DNA of 64,000 bases from Eledone cirrhosa. Lineage: Eukaryota. Shown here piece by piece: positions 14,400 to 27,936 of this stretch (its first letter is position 1; each line of letters starts with the position of its first letter). Below the pieces are notes generated by a model. That model saw only the letters and a list, made by a program, of their open reading frames with translations, had not been told where the DNA came from and did not search any database. The stretch spans positions 267,468,001-267,532,000 of the forward strand of contig OZ024742.1 in assembly GCA_964016885.1 (NCBI GenBank), read 5' to 3'. Both the position numbers and the translations under genes were made by a program.

Positions 14400-16020
14400 G
14401 ACTCCTCTATATTCCCAGATGCTCAAGCCTATGCTTGCTACTTTTCCTGGACATATCAGCAGCTCAGACAAAGTCATGCAAAGACTACACCAACTACAAC
14501 CTAACCAACTAAAACTCAACAGATATGCCTTTAGCCTCGACGTTGTCTCCCTCTACACGATAGTACCCGCTCATCCAGCGGTCAACCTAGTGACTGTCTG
14601 CATCATTTCATACAATATTTAATGCTTCGGCCACACTCCACAAGACATACATCAGCTTCTATCCGTCGTCGGATATTTCACTTCCTACCACCACACATAC
14701 AAACAAACAACAGGCCTACCCATGGGGTCCAGTCTTTCAGGCCTTCTAACTATCACCTATATGAACCAACTGGAACGTAGAGCGCTAAACACCTGTCGCT
14801 CCTGTGTTTTCTTCACCCGATACGTAGATGATATACTCATCCACCCATAATCGAGCGAAGAGGCCGACATAATATCTACGGCAATTTGAAACACAGATAA
14901 CAGCATACGATTTACCACAGAACACTCCGATAAAAATAGTTCCTTGTCTCTGCCGAACTTCCAGCTTAGAGTAACAGATGAAGGTACTATATACACCAAC
15001 TTCTATAAGAAAGCTGCCGACAGAGACCCCTTTGTGCATCATAGATCAGCCCTTTCACTTGGTGCTAACATTGCATACATAAGAAATGAACTTACGCGTA
15101 TCCGGAACAATGTAGCGAGACAGGACCAGATCACTCACACTGCACACTTCATAGATGTGCTGAAGACAAACATCCACAATGAGTCGACTTAAGAATTGAA
15201 GGAGCCGTAGGCATATGACCTCCTCTAACACCTGCTTCATGAAATTACCACATTTCAGCTAAAGCATAACCACAGCTATCCACATAGCTATCCGCAAAGA
15301 AGGACTGGCGATAGAGGTAGCACAGTCAGGCTCTTCAGTGCGTGGATACCCGTCTAAAGAGCAATCCCGAGACAACAACAATTAATACTCGCTGACTAAC
15401 TGCCCTATCCCTGATACAGGTATGTGCCAGAGGACACATGTAGTATACCGGATTAAATGTAACAAATGTAAGGCGTTCTACATTGGTAGCACGACTCGAG
15501 CACTCCACGCTTGCATTAAAGGACACCTCAACACACACGCATCCTCATTCAAAAAACACATTGACAATTGTAGAAACATCACCCAAAATATTACCGTTAC
15601 CATTAAAACTAGTGATAGAAATGTGGGCAAATTAATTAAGGAAGCCTTGCTCATATGTAGAATCAACCCACAAATAAATAATAGATTAGAACTCAGCTCA
15701 CAGTACTTGACATAAAAAGACACACCCACAGGCACACAAACTAAACATCTCATGCAAAAAAAAAATAAAATGATTTCGCGAAATACTATATTGGCAATTG
15801 ACATCATTCACGTGGAAAGCGAAATAACCATAAAAACGCTTGAAAAGAACTTAGAATAAAATTAAATCAAAATCAAAATGTTATCCAAAAGAGAGGAAAT
15901 TGGAACATTGTCTATTGAATGGTCCTTAACCCCGACGAAGGGACTTTTAGGTCACGAAACAATGGACAGATAAAAGAACAAGAACAGCAACAAAACAATA
16001 CAAAGATTACCAGATAACTT
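14400..16020 (+). mobile_element. Decayed Penelope-like element: RT + GIY-YIG endonuclease, 3' region with degenerate HHR (~15930-15968)
   Basis: AFSLDVVSLYT, GLPMGSSLSG, RYVDDIL, VVYRIKCNKCKAFYIGST; stops and frameshifts; CCGACGA-AGGGAC..GTCAC-GAAAC. Confidence 0.9.
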
Positions 16021-16124
16021 TTATTTTCGTTACCTCATCTTACAGTCCATCTTGCATTGTTTAGCCTTGCATCTTTTTCAACGTTATATATTATATACAC
16101 TGCTTCAAGCAAACTCTAACATTT

Positions 16125-16172
<48 letters not shown>

Positions 16173-16356
16173 GAAGTTAGTAAGCCCGTGGGTGGTAAGT
16201 ACCCCTGGAAATACATAGGTTGTCTATGATTTAAGGTTGTTCTATGGTATCAATTTGACATACGATCAGTAAGAGCCATATGAATAGGTAAATATTTAAA
16301 TTATATTTTTTAATTTATTTTAAAAAATTGGTTGAATTTTGCTTGTTCTGCTTATA

Positions 16357-16453
<97 letters not shown>

Positions 16454-16455
16454 AT

Positions 16456-17970
16456 ATTGTTATACTTGGGGAGGGTCATATTTGTGTAATATTGCCAGAA
16501 TTAATAACAGAACACACTCACTGTCTGGTTGGTTTTCGCTTCTCGCTGTCTTTTATATCTGCGATCTAACTTAATCGGTCCTCAATGTTGCCATTGACTG
16601 ACCGACGGTCAAATATAATACAGATACAATATAGACACAAACACATATATATAGTTTACATAATTTACATAAATCTTTCGTTGCACATCTGCAACATCGT
16701 CAGTGGTGTTATATTTTTTCCTCCTGTTGTGTTGTATGTCTACGCCATTTTTTTAATTCAGTCTGTCTATATATTTATTTATTTATTTGCTTGTTTGTTT
16801 ATTTTATTTTATTTTGTCTTCTTTGCGCATGCGTTTGCGTGTGTGTATAGTGTTGCGTTTGCTGTGTGACTAGTGTGTATAGTGTTGTTTCTGCTGGGTG
16901 ACTAGTGTGTGTTTATGTGCTTGTTGTTATTGTACTTGTGTATGTATTTATTTATCTTATTTTATTTTATTTTATTTACTTATTTATACTTCTCTTAGGT
17001 CAGTGTTGTTTGTTTGGGTGTTATTGTTGTTCCACTCATTCTTTCTGTTTAGCTTTGGTCTTCTAATTTCTATTTCACTGGCCTCTCTGATTTGCCTATC
17101 TGCTGGGTCATTCCTATGTTTAGATATTATTCTAATTTCTATGTTGTCTATGTTACCGTCATGTTGTTGTCTAGCATGTTCGTATAGTACTGACCCGTTT
17201 TTTCGTCCTTTTAGTTCCCCCAGTGTTGGTCTATCCTTTCACCTATGCTACGAGCTGTTTCGCCTATGTATGTTGTTGTCATATTTCTGCAAGTACCCTC
17301 TGTACATCTTATGCTATAGACTACGTTTCTAGTTTTACAGTTTATCCGGGGGTTCACCTTACATATGATACATTTCCTATTGGTACAGTGGGTTTTCTTA
17401 AAGGGGTAGGTTTTGCTGATCAGGGATTTTATGGTGGTTCCTGGCTTTTCTACCACCTTTATTTTTAAGTGGGTCTTTCTCAGGGCCTTTCTACACTGGT
17501 TAGCTAATTTCCCTCCAGGGGTGGCGTCCACAAACATGACACTCTGATATCTCTGGTTGTCGTACCATGATGTGGCCTTCCCTATCTTATGTCTAGCCCT
17601 ATCTAAGCTATTCCATGATTTGCTCCTGTATAATGGGCAAATTCCTTTCATGTCCAGTTCTATGAGGGTCTTATACTTTTCCATGGCTCCTTCGTATACT
17701 CTGACTCTGTCTCTTTGGTTGTAGCCAGAGAACTGTATGCGGTTGATGAAGTGTTGGATGTGTCTTTCCATTTCTGTTGGGTCGCACATGCTGGACACAT
17801 TCTTCATCACTCGTAATAAATCTGCGATCAAAAATAAAGGTGGTAGAAAAGCCAGGAACCACCATAAAATCCCTGATCAGCAAAACCTACCCCTTATTAC
17901 ACAAATATGACCCTCCCCAAGTATAACAATATTTGTTTCGACACACGATTTCATATAAAAAACCTCGCTA
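16456..17970 (-). mobile_element. 5'-truncated Penelope-like element (RT thumb/linker + GIY-YIG) with inverted segments at its 5' junction
   Basis: ORF 17211-17831: CxxxxCxxC, NVVYSIRC..TYIGETARSIGERI; continues after a frameshift to ..IREASEI..PKLNRKNEW; 17830-17895 inverts ~17400-17465; 17897-17932 inverts 16456-16490. Confidence 0.9.
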
Positions 17971-17972
17971 AA

Positions 17973-18116
<144 letters not shown>

Positions 18117-19209
18117 ACAGTATAAAGAGAGAAATACACAAATAGGTGTTTTTAATTATAGGGGATAGAAAACCATCAGAGTGATAAACATATTGTGTAC
18201 GAAAGGAAATGAGAATACAGATCAATTAAACGAATAGATTAAGATGTAAAAACCTTCCAATATTAATCATAACACATGGACATGCTATACCTATAGTATA
18301 TTTCGCCACAAGCAGAGTAGATCCCATATTGTAGAGGGCTCATCAGCACCTGCAATGACTTCCTTCATTTCGGAGTAGTTTGGGCGTTTGGGAGGTCGGT
18401 GTAAATTTCAGCCCTTTTGAGAGTATGTTAATTTGGTCTGTTGTTAATACTTTAGTGGCTAAATTTATGACTTTTATTACTTTTGGTCTCTCCTGTATGT
18501 CTTGTGTTATCTCATTTTCCTGTGTCTGTGTATTGGGTCTAACAAATGGTTTAGGTAGTTGTGTTGGTTGTTGATGCTGCGTTGTCTCCTGTGGTTGTGT
18601 TGTTCACTGTTGTTGTTATTGAAGGTTTGGGTTCGTGGTTGTGGGTTGATTAGGGCTGTCGTATATATAGTGTGAGGTTATGTGTTTTATATATCATGTG
18701 TGGTTGTTTATACGAATCGTTTTGGTTTGTTGTGTACAGTCGTTGGATGGCAATTTCCTGGAGGTGATGCTTTCTTATTTCTTTGTAAGCTGCTAGGGTA
18801 TCCGCGTAGTTGCTGCACATTGCAGACAGAAATACCAAGACGGATATTTTTAAAAACAATTACTTCCTAAGTCAACTCTAAGGTCACTTAATCATCTAAG
18901 CCAATCCCACGTACAGTTCCCTTTACCATTATTAACAGTGACACTATCAGCACTACAAGTGCCTCTCGTCCCCTTCTGCTTCACCCAACCCTTCTATGCT
19001 ATTTCTTGCTATCAATATACTTTTCACCGGGACTATGCTTAGATGTAGTGATTTAAAAACATGTGCGTTTTCATTTAGTACCGGATTCTTATTAGAGGCG
19101 TGAGTTCAGGGTTCGATTTACCTCTTGAACTCGCCATTTAACAGGTGAAACATATTCTTAAACAATAGTATAATATGTATGAGAGGACATGAATTTGTAT
19201 ATGTCAATC

Positions 19210-19700
19210 GCTTTTTAATTTTATATATATATGGTAATAATAATAAATGTGAAGTCTAAAATCCTAAGAGGGCTCGATAAGGATAAATATATATCAAATA
19301 TATAAGAACCATAGAGCAAATATTTGTTAAAATAAGAGATTAAAGTTTAAGCAAAGAATTGCTGCTTTCACCCTTAACGGGATCTTCTGAAACTAAAAAG
19401 AATCAATCTGTGAACGCAGAAGTAAATATTTCGAAAAACGTTGCAACTGAAAGAAAACAGGAAGAGAATACTTTGGTTTGTGAAGAGGTTCCCTGGCAAT
19501 GAATGGAAAAAAGCGAACATAATACATCATTATGTGGAGTGTTGAGAACAATTACACGCAAAGACAAAACCACGTTTATGGTATAAATGGAGTCATTACA
19601 CTAATATTCTATTTAGGAAACCGTATGATTCTCGGCTTCGGAGTTAAGAATAATGTAAATAAATTAGTTGAATGAAAATGATGTGTCTATGTATATATTT
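19210..19700 (-). repeat. Dispersed repeat family E, reverse copy of ~33468-33875
   Basis: Shared GAAGCCGAGAATCAT.CGGTTTCCTAAATAGAATATTAGT and CAGAAGATCCCGTTAAG.GTGAAAGC. Confidence 0.75.
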
Positions 19701-20260
19701 AATTGTCATTTCTTTTATGATTTTAATAACCTCTGTCATTTTCGTTCAACTAATCTATTTACATTATTCTTAACTCTGGAAGAGAAAGAAAAGGCTGTTA
19801 ACATCAGCTTCTGGACTTAAGAACGAGGCTGAGTAGACGGTGAAGCAGGGTGCGAACAAAGCAGGTCTCAGATCAGCGAGAGTAGAAACCAAGAAGCAGA
19901 GTCGAGAAAAACATGGGAAGTAGCAGGGTAGCTAACAGAGAGAGTGAGAGTAAAAGTGAGAGGGAGAAAGGGAGAGAAAGAAAGAGGGAAGAGTTGATAG
20001 CGACAAAGTAGATAGGATGAAAGAGAGAATCGGTCACAGCAAAAACTTAATAAAAATTCGTGAAGGAATAGGGGTCGTGTTGTTGCTGGATAAAGTGTAT
20101 TTATCAATAAGAGGAAAGCACGAACGGAGGGGTAATTTCCCTTCATCAGTTGTATTCTGGAGGTCAACAACACAGACCCTGTTCCTTCACAAATCTTCTG
20201 ATCTTTTGAAAAGTATTGGTCTCTATTATTAAATCATATATACACGCACACACAACACAC

Positions 20261-20314
<54 letters not shown>

Positions 20315-21499
20315 GTATGTACAGGGTGAATGGTGCCGTTGAATTGTATTCATATACATTACAAACATGTTGCTGCTTTCTACCAAAACTAGAGTTTACC
20401 TCATCAGTATTCAGTTATTTGTTGTAAACTGAAAAGCTTGCTTGTAGGTATTATTTAACTATTTTGACCAATCATGTTCAGATGTATATAGTCAGGTATG
20501 TGAAGGATATTGCCACAATTCAAATGTGTTTAGTAATTTATATGGGTGTGTGTGCTTATGTGTGCCTGAATGTAAAATGATGTTTCAAATTGACTAATTT
20601 GAATTCTTTCTCGCGTCATAGTGAAGCCGATAGCAGAATTTTGAAGCCCAAATAATGCAGACAGTATTAGGAATTTTTGAGAATGAAATATATATCCGTT
20701 CCTAAATCAATACCATGAATGTACAGAAAATTGTATACACCAGAGTAAATAAATGTAAACGCCTTCATGCAATTATCTAATGTCATTGAAACAAGAAGTT
20801 AAAGTTATACATGTTGCCTAGTTATAATTATGAAATACAGCACCCATAGCAACGTGACTTAAATATTGTATCGATAAATACTGCAACAGCATCGAAATAT
20901 AAAGTTATAATGACAGGACAGATAAGACATCGGCATATAAGTTCTTTCGCCTACATCTGCTCTAGATTTTTGGTAGACGTTTTTAGTTTACATTCTTTCA
21001 GATTACCTAGCTATATGAATTCAGAGCACTCCAGGAAGTATTTCTTGTGGAATAATGATGTCGTACTAAATTGGTTTCTATATGCAGTGGTCTTTTGATA
21101 TCAATTCACGGCTTAAACATCATTTAAATGACATGAAATAATAGGCAAATTTTAATCCCTTTTAATTACTTCATTATAGCTAACATTTGAATAAATTATT
21201 ATCAATGTATAAATACCACAAATCAATAGAAAACATCACATTAAAATGAAACAGAAAAACCAAACTGTATATGAACCTTGTTTGTAAAATATATACGTAC
21301 ATTTACTTTGACGCATAAATGTTTGGAATATGAAACGTGGAATACAACGTAGGGATTTACTCCTCCATTTACAAAAACGAAACAAAAAAGAAATAGCTGG
21401 AATCGAACGAACATGTTTCCATTCAATATGAATTTTTAAAATATGTAACAAAAAAATTACCTTTTTATATTTTTGGTCAGTAAGTATTATTTCCTTCTT

Positions 21500-21880
21500 C
21501 GGCCTAGAAAGCACTGGAAAATATTATTAGTCTCCACTAACTTTGCTTTTGTGACTTGGACTGCCACTGGTTGTTCCCCGGAAGGTATTCTTCCCACCAC
21601 TTCACTTAAATGAGGTCTTATGAAACACATTGTCACAGCTCTAGATAAGGTGCCGGCAGCCTTCAAGTAACTTAGAGACTTCTTCCCTGAGCTGTCTAAA
21701 GCAAAATGGAAAGTCGTTGTCTTCGTCGGACCACAAATATGGAAGATCATGGAGTGTAAGGAATTCCCAAAGAAGCTCACTGAGACAGAGGAGACAGGGT
21801 GGAACAACTTTGTTGCAATGGTTCGGGGCTTCCTGGGGAATCCCAAGGCCGAAAATTATGTGGAGCTTGCTGATTCGTGA
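21500..21880 (+). mobile_element. DNA transposase fragment, probably CMC/Chapaev-like
   Basis: PPLHLK/GLMKHIVTALDK..AFK*LRDFFPELSKAKWKVVVFVGPQIWKIM..GWNNFVAMVRGFLGN.KAENYVEL; superfamily assignment from recollection. Confidence 0.55.
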
Positions 21881-22915
21881 ATGCTTGAAAGAGTATGTTC
21901 ACATTTGGCAGTTTTCCCAATGGGATTAGGTAAATTTAGAAATATCATTTCCATGGACATATAATTAAAGTTTTAAGGAAAAAGTAGCCATTTTTCAAAC
22001 TTTCTAGATATACGTAAATAGACAATAATAGTTGCAATCCAAGGAAAAATTCATGTTACACTATTATCAGCAAAAATGAGTCTACCACTGTATTATATGG
22101 AGAAGAGGTCTTCAAGTAGGTTTTTGGCACATTAGTGTGTCGCAAATAAGCTGTATGCGTGTCTATTCATCGAAATTTGTTGAATTTAAATGAATATATG
22201 GGTGCAAATTATATTGTAATACATAGTATGAGAATAACTGTTTTTTAAAATTAATTATGCCTCACTGAGAGTCATAATATACTACGAAAAAGTGTTTCGC
22301 TAGCGTAACATTTTGGAAAGATCTGATGTAAAGATAAAATACAATTCTCCACAATACATATAAATCATAGAAACGCAACAATAGTAAACGCAAACGATCC
22401 AAATTGCATTGAATTCTATCATCGATCAAAGCGTAAGCATGAGAAATACAAACAAGAAATATCCGAAAGCATTAATACCAGAAATACAGGGTACAGAAAT
22501 CAAGAAAATGAAACTTGCAACGATCAAAACAAATAAAAATATACGTAAAGAAACCTAGATTAAATTCCTTCATTCAGACCGTATAACGATGAATGAATAT
22601 CTCTCTAGAACTGCAGCAACAAAAACACGAAGACAATTGAATATGAGCAAGGTCTACTCCTGGCAATCTTGAATATGACAATTATCTAAAATTGGATATA
22701 AATAATTGAAATCAATAATTCTTCAAACGAACCAATATCAGGCTAGAGATAAATCTTAATGATAGAATATCTATAACAATAAAGAACACATAAACTGTAC
22801 AACCATTGAATAGAAGTATAGGAAATATTACCAGGGTAATTGAACTAATCTCCGCAAGCGCCGATGCAATCACAAGCGAATGTAGGTATTTTTTTGAAAA
22901 GCACCTACATAGAAA

Positions 22916-23104
22916 TACGAGTGGGTGTTGAAAAGTTCCTGGCTTGATCGCTGCAACAGAGCACTGTTAGGAGGCCCAACCTTCCGAGTTCTTTAACAGA
23001 CCGCTGCAATAAGCGTGGAAATCTGAGAGGAGAATTCATAATTAACTTATCCTCCTCTATTTTCTTTTACCCAAAGCCAGGATTTTTCATCACCGCTCCG
23101 CACG
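22916..23104. mobile_element. Mariner-type MITE
   Basis: TA-CGAGTGGGTGTTGAAAAGTTCCTGGCTT ... AAGCCAGGATTTTTCATCACCGCTCCG inverted termini. Confidence 0.65.
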
Positions 23105-23211
23105 TATATCCAAGTTTACACTATGTAAGATAGAAAACAAAAGAAATCAACAGAATTAATTGAATCCATTGAAAATAATAAAGTTTTACACACAACGACT
23201 AAGGAAATAAT

Positions 23212-23560
23212 GGTTTCTACTTTTGGCACAAGGCCAGCAATTATCCCAGTACATTACTGGTACTTTATTTTATCGACCCAGTAAGGATGTAAGGATGAAA
23301 GGCAAAGTTAACCTCGGCGGGATTTGAACTGAGAATGACAAGGGCCGTAACTCTATGCATCAAAGCATGGCGTCCGATCCTCTACCGATACTGCCAATCC
23401 ACCAGGAAATACTTGTTTCTACTTTTGGCACAAGGCCAGCAATTACCCCAGTGTATTACTGGTACTTTATTTTATCGACCCCATAAGGATGAAAGGCAAA
23501 GTTAACCTCGGCGGGATTTGAACTCAGACCATAAATGGCCGTAACTCTTTGCTGCAAAGC
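23212..23560 (-). mobile_element. Two tandem copies of the abundant ~190-bp tRNA-derived SINE
   Basis: Reverse complement of 38204-38395. Confidence 0.85.
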
Positions 23561-24549
23561 AGGAAATAATGACAACAAGATTGCAGACGCACAATGTGCT
23601 ATCTGCAGTATAAAAATCCTTTACTCAAATGAAATGATAAATGATTATTTGGAAAATGGACTCAGTAATATTAAAAAAATATATAATATATGCCAGAGAT
23701 ATGATTATAGAAATATAGACATTAGCCACACAATATATGGAATACAGTTTCAATACAATCATTTGGAATAGCCAACACTGGACAACTTGGACATTACAAA
23801 TCCTATTCGGTAGTCACCACCATAACGCTGATATATTTCAGATATCCCTTACACAGTTATTGATAAAAAGAAATAGAGAACTGCAACGAATGAAGTGCAG
23901 GAAAGCTAAAGCATTTCTCAAGCAAAGGAAAACATTTCTTGTAATAAGCGCTCATAAAAAAACACACAAAAAAAGTTAAAAAAGCATTTACATAAGAAGA
24001 ATAGTTACATAAACACAAGCAACAGAAGCTGTAACAGGAAATAGAGCTGCAAAACATGAACGAGAAAGTGTAGAGAAACACCTTTGTATATCAAATGTAC
24101 GTGTATGGTTAAGAAGGTATGGAGTATGTTTGAATGTTTAAAAGATTTGTTCCACAAACATGAGTTCCGCGTTTGATTCCGCTTTACAAGAATCCTGAGG
24201 AAGTACCTTTTACTATAGTATTGTTTCGAAACAAAATTGCGAGAGAATTTTATTAGAAGGACAGTGTTTGAAAGACCACCGAATATACTGTAATTCTAAT
24301 TTAAAGAAAAGGGTATGCCACAGACACTATTTCAAGCCAAATTACCCAGGAGCTATATTAAGTGTACCTGTATCTAAGGACTACTCAGTCATTTGCCTGG
24401 TAATGTATCAAGTAGGTTACTTTGTTTATCGAACAACTAAACACTCACTGTAAAAACCGACGGGTCTATTTAACCTACTTTGAATGGAGTTGTATTGTTA
24501 ATAATTTTGATAATTCTTTCTTTATTGGTGACTAAGACCGTAACATAAA

Positions 24550-26260
24550 TAGCAATACAAAAAAACAATAATAGTGGAATTTACATACAACGTACAAAGA
24601 AAATGGAAAACACGTAACAATTAACAATAAGCAAATAACAACAGAATTCCCAAATAGGGGAGATCATCACCCAGGGGTAGTTTAGGGACCACACAGATTC
24701 GAAACCATGCTAATGATTAAGAGGACTATAGGAAGATGCACATCTCTTTGCTGAAGTCTCCAGCTTACAGGTGCATGCTCAGAGTAAACCCACTTACTCG
24801 GGGTATACTTGCTACATTCACCCACATATTAAAAAATGTATTGAGTGTAGCATTTCCCTCTCAAACTTCGCCTTCATTTCCAAGTGGAACATGAATTAGC
24901 TAACGAGTGTTTGGCGGGAGATAGAAGTGTCTGTCTAAAGTTTTAATCGCATCCACCACATAACCTCTTTTGGTACAGCATCTAGACAGATGAAAACTAC
25001 CCAAATTACCGACCAAGAGAAGACGGCAGGGCGATCTTCAAGATGGAGTCGGCCTATTGCTGGATCCTTTCTACATGCGACAATAATTGTTCGACAAAAC
25101 TCCACAAGTCAGAAATGCCCAGACATTTGGCGTCTGATATCACTTCGGTTCTTGTAGAATGTTTAACGCATTGGTTGTGACCCTGGTAGCGCTGCTAAGC
25201 CAAGTGTTTCCATAAACACTGGACCAAAAGTCCTTTGATAGGGACTGGCAGGTTCATTCTCATCGACTCTTAGACTCTCCCCGAGTACGTTGTCACGCTT
25301 GACCACCACTAGTCCTCTATAGAAAGCTAACGTAGAATTTCCACTGACAGCATTGTCCGACCTGTAGAGGGATGTGAGCACCTATTTACTGTAGCCTAGC
25401 TCATATTTAAATGCAAAGTGTGTTGGCAGCAGATGGATAGCCTGACCAGTGGCCACTGTTCCCTTTCCCGAGAAGTGAAAGTGCGGGTGCTCCAATCTAG
25501 TGAGGCGAAGACTGGGGCTAGGCGCGGCTGTAAGGTGTTAATACATCACATAAGTGATGTGAGAGTTCACCACCTCCACCCAAAATTTCAGGCATAGCTT
25601 ACTCTCAGCCCATTTATGGGTAAATGACCACTCTACCTCATCCTAGTACTTATCCACTTGACATTGCAGACAGATCAAGACCCCCAAACAATTTGGCCCG
25701 TCTGTCCGTCCAGTATCCCAGGAAATTGTTGAACGGCATGGAATCGGCTCGGCAGCTGCCAAGCTGCAAACCCACCAACTTTTCCTGGTTGATTTCTGCT
25801 CCCGCTAACGATTCATGTTCCTCCAAAAAGTTACCAGCTACTTCCATTTCCAAAATGTTCGACATCATCATGTGGACGTTGTCAAAATATGCCAAACCCA
25901 CCCTTCCACGTCCAGGTCCTAGCAAGATGCACTGCAATAGCTTCAGTTTCCACATTAATGGCTTGAGAGACAGTATATATAGAAGAGAATGCATCCTGGA
26001 CGTATCTAGCACGTGATCTGAATCGATTCTGAAAGGTAGCAATTTACTCTGATAACCGAGCATATGCTGTTTCGCATTGTAGCAATCCATCCTCTAACGA
26101 TGAGACAGAAACTGGCCCTCTTCAGGAGAACCTCCACGTATTGATCGTCGACCATATTGAAAGCTTTCAATTGATCTAAATAGATAAAAGCCCACTCACC
26201 CTCAAGCCAGGTTTGCACCCTACACTCTCTATGGTGCATTGCATAAGGGGGTCGTTGTCA
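24550..26260 (-). mobile_element. Decayed L1/Tx1-like LINE, RT and 3' region
   Basis: WAFIYLDQLKAFNMVDDQY, SLLYILSLKPL, LAYFDNV, GAEINQEKLVGLQLG; similar to 42400-43170. Confidence 0.75.
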
Positions 26261-26619
26261 TTCCTAGATCTTGGAGGGGGGGGGGTATTTTGCACGTTTT
26301 CAAATACCCTACCCCCAAGAAATATATAAAAATAATGATGATGATTTCTAAAATCGGCACAAGACCAGTAATTGTTTTTTTGGGGGAAAGTCGTTTAAAT
26401 CAAACCGAATGCATTGCTGTTGCTTTATTTTATCGATCCCGTAAGGATGAAAAGCAAAGCTAATCACTGCGCGATTTGAACTCAGAACTTAAAGAGCCGC
26501 AACTATAAGTTGCAAAACATATTGTCCGACGCTCTACCATTCAGAATAGTCTCGAGATAAATATCAAATTGGTGTAGAACATCATAATCTATGGCTCAAA
26601 TTATTAAGTAAATTGACGA

Positions 26620-27936
26620 CACCGGGTATAAATACTTAGGTTTCCTGGAAACAAACCAAAGGAAAGAGAAGGAAATGAAATAGCTCTTATCAAAGGAATA
26701 TAAACGGAGACTGAAGTTGTTGTTAAAGATAAAGTTAAGAGGCAGGAATAAGATACTGGCTACCTACAAATGGGCTGTCGCAGTGCTAAGGTATAGTGTT
26801 GGTGTGATAGAGTGGCGATTTGATGAACTTAAGGAGCTTGATAGAAAAGGAAAATTATATATAACCCAAACGTAACGTGGACAGGTTGTATCTATCACGA
26901 CAGAGAGGAAGAAGAGGTTTCATTAGCTGTGAAATATGTGGAAGTCGGGAAAACATTATTTTGCGTGGTATGTAAAGAATTTAAAAGAGAGATTGATGCC
27001 AGGAGTAAGAAGGATAAAGGTCCTAAACTGTGATGAATCAAAGAAAAGGGGGAATTTAAATATGACAGACAAAATGACATATTGAATAGGTGGAAGAAGA
27101 AGAACAAATGTATGGTCAATTCGTATGTGCAATACCTGAGACAGTTGACAAAGTTAGGAACTAGGAATGGACTAGGAAATGTGACTTAAAAGTTGAAATA
27201 GAGGCCCTTACTTTTGCAGCCCAGGAACAGGTACTGAGAACGAACTATATCAAGTTCAATATTGACAACTCAGTGAATTCTCCACTTTATAGGCTGCGTG
27301 GTGTGAAATGGGGGTAATAAACAACATTATTGGTGAATGTAAGATGCTTGCTCAGAATGCGAGCAAGAGAAGGCAAAACAACATTGCCAGATTGTTTCAT
27401 TGGAAGATCTGTCATAAGGATGACATGAGCAAGAGAGAGAAATGGTTGCTGAAAATGAAGAGTATAAGATCTTGTGGGACATGACCATCATGTGTGACCA
27501 GTCTATTGTGGCTAGAAAGCCTGGCATTGTCGTAGAAAAGAGGAATAACAAGGCATGTATTGTGGACATTGATTCACCGTGGGACTACAGGGTGAATGAG
27601 AAAAAAATGAGAAAGCTGTGAAATACAAGGAGCTAAAGAGAGAAATCAGGAAACTATGGAAGATCAGACACGTAGAAGTGGTACGTATGTGGTTGGCGCA
27701 CTGGGAGGAGTTAGAACGTTCGATGCATGGTTTGAGAAGCTAGGAATGACCATCAGGGCAAGACTGTTGCAGAAAACAGCCTCGCTATGAACAGCAAGGA
27801 TTCTAAGGTGGGTGTTGGAAAGTTGAAAAGGAAGGAATGATGCAAATGACTTTTGGCCATTGGCTTTGGCTAGTTCTTTTCATATAGTGTCAGAATAATA
27901 TCTGCCAGAGCAAAAGCAAAAGAGTAATAATAATAA
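26620..27936 (+). mobile_element. Decayed R4/Dong-like RLE LINE 3' part with (TAA)n tail
   Basis: YKYLGFLE, EALTFAAQEQVLRTNY, KILWDMTIMCDQ..ARKPGIVV..IVDIDSP; homologous to 51358-53157. Confidence 0.8.
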
